A stretch of 64,000 bases of DNA. Origin: the human T2T-CHM13v2.0 reference genome, Homo sapiens. The stretch lies in assembly GCF_009914755.1 (NCBI RefSeq), contig NC_060928.1; one strand, given 5' to 3'. This document shows positions 55,073-64,000 of this stretch, piece by piece. Positions within the stretch are counted from its first letter, which is position 1; the number at the start of each line of letters is the position of its first letter. The notes beneath the pieces were generated by a model. That model had not been told where the DNA came from. It ran no database searches and was given only the letters and a program-made list of their open reading frames with translations. Position numbers and translations under genes: made by a program.

Positions 55073-56007
55073 AAAACAAAAACAAAAACAAACAAACAAA
55101 AAAACAAACTTTAATTTTTTTTGCCTTCTGAAATGCATTATTTTCTGAGGACTGTTTAACTTTCTTATGTTTTTCTCGTGCAAGGGTTTGAGTAGGAAGT
55201 ATAAGAAAGAATGGAAGAAAAAAAACAATAGCATCTATTGCTGAAACTTGGCCTGATGGGTTGCTAGTATCACAGTTTCATTTGTTTTATTTTCAGGAAT
55301 AATTTAACCTCAGAATCCATGAATTGCTATGGAGAAGCAAATCTTTGTGAGCATTTTCTTTGGACTTATTTTGAATTTCATCACTTTAGAGAGAACAATT
55401 TTATATTGCTTAAAAATTCAAATTATTGTGACCAAGTTTTGGAAAAATGCCAGAACAAATGGTTTCTTTTTTATATCTATTTCAAATACATAGTTTGATG
55501 TTTTCTCTAAGCTCTTGCTTAAAGTGTGAAATTGTTCCCATGGCTCTGGTAATGCTTCTTAAATTTCTTATTAAAAACAAAGTGCAGAAATATACTGCAT
55601 GGAAAAAAAAACTACCTTTAATAAAAATAGCTAATCTTACATAGAATCAGACCTACAGTGTCTATATAATATTTACAACCTTCCAGAATAGTTAATGGGA
55701 ATCATTTTCATTTTTCCTCAAACTGGAGTGCTCTTTAACATTATTTTCTCTTTTCTTAAGTATATAGGGCTTATATTTGATGGTAATTAGAACTATTAGA
55801 AATGCAGTAACTGTATTTCATAGGAATAATTTGTGCTCTCTACAACCCAATTGCCACTATATTTTAATATCTAATACACAGTCAGTAGAAACTTGCTTTC
55901 ACTATTCAATTATTCAGTTTTTATACCCCAGAAAGAGCAAACACTATTAATTCTTCCATGTATGCAGTTATGAAACAGGATTATAATGAGGTTGAAGGGT
56001 CTTACTC

Positions 56008-56298
<291 letters not shown>

Positions 56299-56473
56299 TC
56301 AGTTCTGACTCTTAAGGAATCATCCATCCAGGAAATTAAAAGTATTTCAAGAGGAATATTTATGCATACCAGTCTAAACAGTGCCATTTATCATCAAGTC
56401 ATACAAAAACCTACCATTTGAATCTGACTAATTTTTTCTAACAAAAGTGATGAATTTTAAGACAGGAAAACAA

Positions 56474-56728
56474 AGCAGTGTAGTGTTTGAGAGGGCAGAC
56501 TCTGGAGCCAGATGGCTCTGAATTTGGATTTTGTCTTCATTATAACTACCTACAATGACCATGAGCAAGCTATTTGGATATAACCTAAGCATTTAATTAT
56601 ACACTTAAAGATAAGCCTAATAAGAATTTTTAACCTCATTAAGTTCTTGTGAAGAATAAATAAGATAATACATACAAAATATCTTCTATGGCACCTAACA
56701 CAGAGTAGATGCAATAAATATTAAGTGC
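56474..56728 (+). mobile_element. MIR
   Basis: agactctggagccagatgg...gcacctaacacagagtagatgcaataaat. Confidence 0.8.
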
Positions 56729-57106
56729 TATATTGCTCTATTTTTATGCTGCTAATAAAGACACACTCAAGACTGGGTAATTTATAAAGGAAAGAGGTTT
56801 AATTGACTCAGTTCTGCAGGGCTAAAGAGGCCTCAGGAAACTTACAGTCATGGGTGAAGGGGAAGCAAACACGTCCTTCTTTATGGGGCGGCAGGACAAA
56901 GAAGAGCCGAGAAAAAGGGGGAAAGCCCCTTATAAAACCATCGGAGTTCATGAGAACTCACTCACTATCATGAGAACAGCATGAAGGGAACTGCCCCCAG
57001 GATTAAATTACCTCTCACCAGGTTCCTCCCATAACACATGGGGATTATGGGAACTACTATACATATCAAGATGAGATTTGGGTGGGGACACAGCAAAACC
57101 ATATCA
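56729..57106 (-). mobile_element. THE1C-like solo LTR
   Basis: gctgctaataaagac...gaagcaaacacgtccttc...ggggacacagcaaaaccatatca. Confidence 0.9.
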
Positions 57107-57604
57107 ATGCTATTATGGGATTGCTTAATCCTGCATTCCAGAATGATATATTGTAACTGCTATATTCCAGGCCTTGTGAAAGTACTGGGCATATGAATAT
57201 TCAAAATTCCTGGTTTTATTGGTTCTCAAAATCTAGAAGAGATGAAAGAAACATAAATAAACAGGAGTATAATGAGAAAAATGCAGTGGCAAAGGGACAT
57301 GGGTATATTGCCTTTGGGAACCGAGAGAGACATCACTCATAAGATTATGTTAAGATGCAGAATTTTAGAAACATTTCTGATCCTTTTCTAGCTATGGCAA
57401 AGGCTCTATGGATAAGATTTCTGGGAATAAATCATATGTTTCTAAAATCTACTATAATTTCTTCAGGCTTTTAAGGATGCTGTCCAGGCATTATTCTAGA
57501 GATTATCATCAAAGCACAGCATTCACAGCATTTCCAGAAGTGTCAGGAAATTCTATAGAATCTCTTGGGTCCCTTAGCTGATGGGAGGACAATTGTCATC
57601 TTAT

Positions 57605-57838
57605 ATGATGTAGTGGGTTAAGTGTGGCCTCTGGAATCAGACTCCTGGGGTTGAATTTTGACTCTTCCACAAGTACCAGTTTGCTGTATGCAAAATACTC
57701 AGCTTCTCTACACCTCAGTTTCTTCTTCTTCAAAATGGGGAAGCAGAATAACAATTTTATAAAATTTTGTGAGGATTGAAGAATAATATAGGTAAGTCAC
57801 TTTCAGATGTTAAGGGCTAAATGGATGTTAGCTTTTAT
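57605..57838 (+). mobile_element. MIR
   Basis: ctctggaatcagactcctgggg...cctcagtttcttcttcttcaaaatgggg...gtgaggatt. Confidence 0.8.
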
Positions 57839-58839
57839 TGCATATGATGAAAGAGCTAAAAACTACTCTCATTTCAGGAAAGTTGTCATTTTTTGTTTGG
57901 TTTGGTTGGACCATGACCCACTAATCAGAATAAAAAGATGCAACTCCTGGTGAAAAGGAAAAATCTAGAGGTGCTAGAAGGAACACCTCTATTTGTTATT
58001 CTGTTCTGTCCTATTTCCCTAGATGGTGAAGGGTGAAGGGTTCTGTAAGTGTCAAATAAGATAAGGGGCTAGTTTCCATTTACATTGTTGTGATAGCTCT
58101 ATTTTCTGTGTGCTCATTCATAATGTTCTTATTTAATGTGTCAATATGTTTTAGTCCTGACATAGCGTGCTCTTGGTTTTATGACCAAATCTGTAGCCAT
58201 GCTGTCCATAGTTTTGTTTTTCATATTTTAATAAGGATCCATTAGTTTATCCTTTCATCAGGCTCTTCTTGTGAAAAGATTCATGTAAGAATCAGCCAGA
58301 GCTAAATAAACAACCCCCTAGCTACCCAAGTCAATAAAAAAAGAAAGCACCAATGTCTTGGAAAGGAAGATATGTCATCCATAGAAATATTAATAATAAA
58401 CTCTGAACACAGGAAGTGGTGGGAGTGTAATTCATACTAAAATAAACATACTGATTAATTAAAATCTCAGTCACCATGCCCTGCCTGCAGGCACTTCATT
58501 GTTAGTGTTACCAGGAGCAAAGCTGTATTGTTATTCTCTGATTTCTAGAGATTATCATATGGGATGTCTTATTATAATTTGAAAAGCAGCTCCAGAATCA
58601 CCAACTGCTCCACACCACATGAAAATGAAAAAACACACAAACACATTTGATGCGTACTATTATATATATATAATATATAATATATATATATACCATTTCA
58701 GCAGTAGACCGAACTTATTTCATTTATCCCATTTATCCTTGTTATTTCTTAACACTAAATATTTACTATACTCAAATTTGATAGTAATAAACGTTTCACA
58801 GGAGGTTTTCTGCTTAAGCAGACTTTTTAAAACCTGTTC

Positions 58840-60640
<1,801 letters not shown>

Positions 60641-60695
60641 GTGCTTAAGATGTTTTAAGTGATTATAATATTACAACATATTGAGGGTATTATAA

Positions 60696-61085
<390 letters not shown>

Positions 61086-61184
61086 AATGATTCATTTTTA
61101 AAAGATGGTAAATGATTCTTAATGATCCAACTCTAGTTTGAGAAGATAATATGTAATAAAGAAGCAAATGAGGAAGCAGAGTAT

Positions 61185-61330
61185 CTTAACCAGGGGTGCA
61201 CATTAGAATAAATTGAGGAGGCTTTCAAAGTTCAAATGTTTTACTAGTCTCAAAGAAGTATAAGATACAGGATAGATGTGTATTTTGAGAAAGCTCCATA
61301 GGTGATTCCAATGATTATTCTTGTTGATAA
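61185..61330. mobile_element. MER5-like fragment
   Basis: tgcacattagaata...tgtgtattttgagaaagctccataggtgattc. Confidence 0.5.
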
Positions 61331-61836
61331 TTACTCCAAAGAGTAACTTTCTGACAATGTTAATTTTAAGTGCCAAATCTACCATACATTAGTTTATGAC
61401 TTCGAAGATGTTACAGAAACGTTTAGTTTTCTCAACTGTAAAATAGGGATGAATGACACCTACCTGACAGGGTTTATGAAGACTAGCAGGCATCACTAAA
61501 TCTTATTTCTCATTCTCCTTTAATCTGGGTTTTCTGGCCTGTAAAATTGAGCTAATAATTACTTAGTACAAAGAGCGGCCGAAAATATCTAAATAAAGCA
61601 AACTATATGGAAGCAGTTAATGAATTGCAAAATATTATTTAAATATAAGTTATTTTCCTCTAAAGAGCTATCAGGTCAAGGAATACCTGGGAACAAGAGA
61701 TACTGAATTACTTAGTACAAGGAATGAGTGCAAACTTTCAGGGACTTAGTGTCAGTTTCTATTAGAAACTGAAAATGGTGTCCTGTGCGCCTTCTGAGGC
61801 ACCATCTTCTTGTCAGTGTGGCCATTTATCAGGTAA

Positions 61837-62269
<433 letters not shown>

Positions 62270-64000
62270 GTGATATTCCTTTAGCCCTAATATCAAGTCA
62301 ACCATTCTATTGGTCGCCCCAGTGCAACTAACTTATAGTGTCTGCCCACTTGAACTTCACCTAGTTTACTTGGTTATTATTTAGCAAACAAAGTGGCTTG
62401 GACAGCAAATTGGAATGGAAAAGACTTGTTGAGCAAAGCTGGGTGCAAGTCAAGATTATTAGAAAAAATAACCTGCTTCGTACTCACACAGATCCCCAAG
62501 AGAGCCTCTTCATTCTGACTAATAAACTGGCGTCTGTTTTCAAGTCTGATTGTTTGAATAAAAAAGAATTTCTGCTTGAAGAAAATGAAAGTGTACTTGG
62601 GTATCACATGTACCTCACCTTCAAATATCTAACTTACACAATAGACACCCATAATAATACATCTTCCTCAATCAACCTAAATATATTAAACTGGAGTTTC
62701 CAGCACTGGCCTAGGTGTTATTCAGGTGCCAATAGCTGTATTCAAGGAAGAAACAGTCCTTAAATAACTGAACTTAGAACCAAAAAGCTAAAAAAAAAGC
62801 ATGATTCTTAAATGTGGTAATTATTTTTCTAGCACTATGAATAGTAGCCAACATTTTGTTTACACTTATCTTTGATTAATGTTAGTTCCTTCCTTAGCTA
62901 AAATCTTTCTAGTTTTATTGTGTTTAAAAATAACTTTTGATGTGAATGCATAAATTATGTATAACATAGGCAAACAAAAAACAAGCAAAAACTCTAATAA
63001 TTTTGTTGTATGTTATATGAACTGGACAGATTAAGGTTCTCTATGATTTTTTCTGTCAAGTAATTGTAATTCTACCTTGTTTTCGAGGTTTGGTTCAGGT
63101 GTTTTCAAGAAGCTTCCTTCAGTCCTGTCTGAGCTAAGAACCTCTGAGAATGCTGTGAATATACATTTAGGGTTATGTTCACCATATGCTACATGCGAAA
63201 TGATATATTTCTGTATATTTTCCCCACTGAATTTAGTGTCTGTCCAAAGTAAGGACAGTCTCATTTTACTGCCATCATCTTCCGCAGAACTTGGCACCAG
63301 CTGGTTTACACCTTAAATGTCAGTTGAATGAACCTGAACTGATACTACCTCTTGCTGTAATCCATTCTTCTCTCATATAAACTGAGAGTGAGATGAACAT
63401 ATTCTACTAAATAAAGATGGGATGAGAATTCTTAACTTCATACTTTGCTGTTTTTCCCTTACCGACCCTCCAGCCAAGAAAACTGTGTTAAACTGTTCAG
63501 AAACCCAGCAAATCTGGCTGGAAAGAGAACATTATGTCCAAGCCACAGGAAGCATGAAAAGGAAATAAAAGAATTTCTCTGGAAGTATAAAGTTAGAAGT
63601 GTTAAGATGCCTTGGAAGCCAGGAACAATTGAAATATTTTCAAAGCACAAAGTTTCTGATTTCCTCAAAGGCAAAATATTTGAGTAAGACTTAACTATAT
63701 TCTAGCTTCTAATATATTAGCTTATTTTATTTTCACCCTGTATTTGGCTGACTTAGGTGCAGACATTCTAGTAATAATGAGATATTTGGAGTATTAGCAT
63801 GGCTATTTAATTATAATTTGTATTTTCTCTCAAGATGTGACTTTTTAAAGCTTTTATACAGTGCTTAATCATATTAGGTACATGTTTTCCCCTAAAGAAA
63901 TACCCACATAAAAAATTTGCAGAAAAACTTGCACTTTTTTCCAAAAGTATTTTGTGTTCTTTATTTAGTGTTAAATATAGGCTAACCACAGTATCTTGAG

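Noticed and set aside
62398-62763. 121-aa ORF in unique sequence
   Set aside because: It has a TTG start, no recognisable domain and no convincing splice context, and its length is compatible with chance.

Overview
This is primate (human-like) AT-rich genomic DNA with no intact protein-coding gene, RNA gene or CpG island that I can support. Much of the window is transposon-derived: about 23 Alus, five THE1/MST solo LTRs, MER52, an LTR1/27/28-family element, LTR16/ERVL and MLT1 remnants, a 5.4-kb L1PB nested in an L1MD, L1ME, L2, L3, MIRs, Tigger1, MER47A, MER20, MER5 and MADE2. The only gene-derived sequence is a 5'-truncated processed pseudogene of MRPS5 (minus strand, about 19270-20427). 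Nearly all ORF-track ORFs are repeat-derived or look spurious. I see no new multi-gene system. The most notable signals are structural: an apparent L1PB 3' transduction bounded by a TSD, an LTR composite with U3 ends at both termini, several local templated or fold-back insertions, a strand bias of LTRs that may indicate a + strand host transcript, and two motif-dense candidate enhancers. Subfamily names come from recalled consensus sequences, not from a search, and boundaries of old repeats are approximate.
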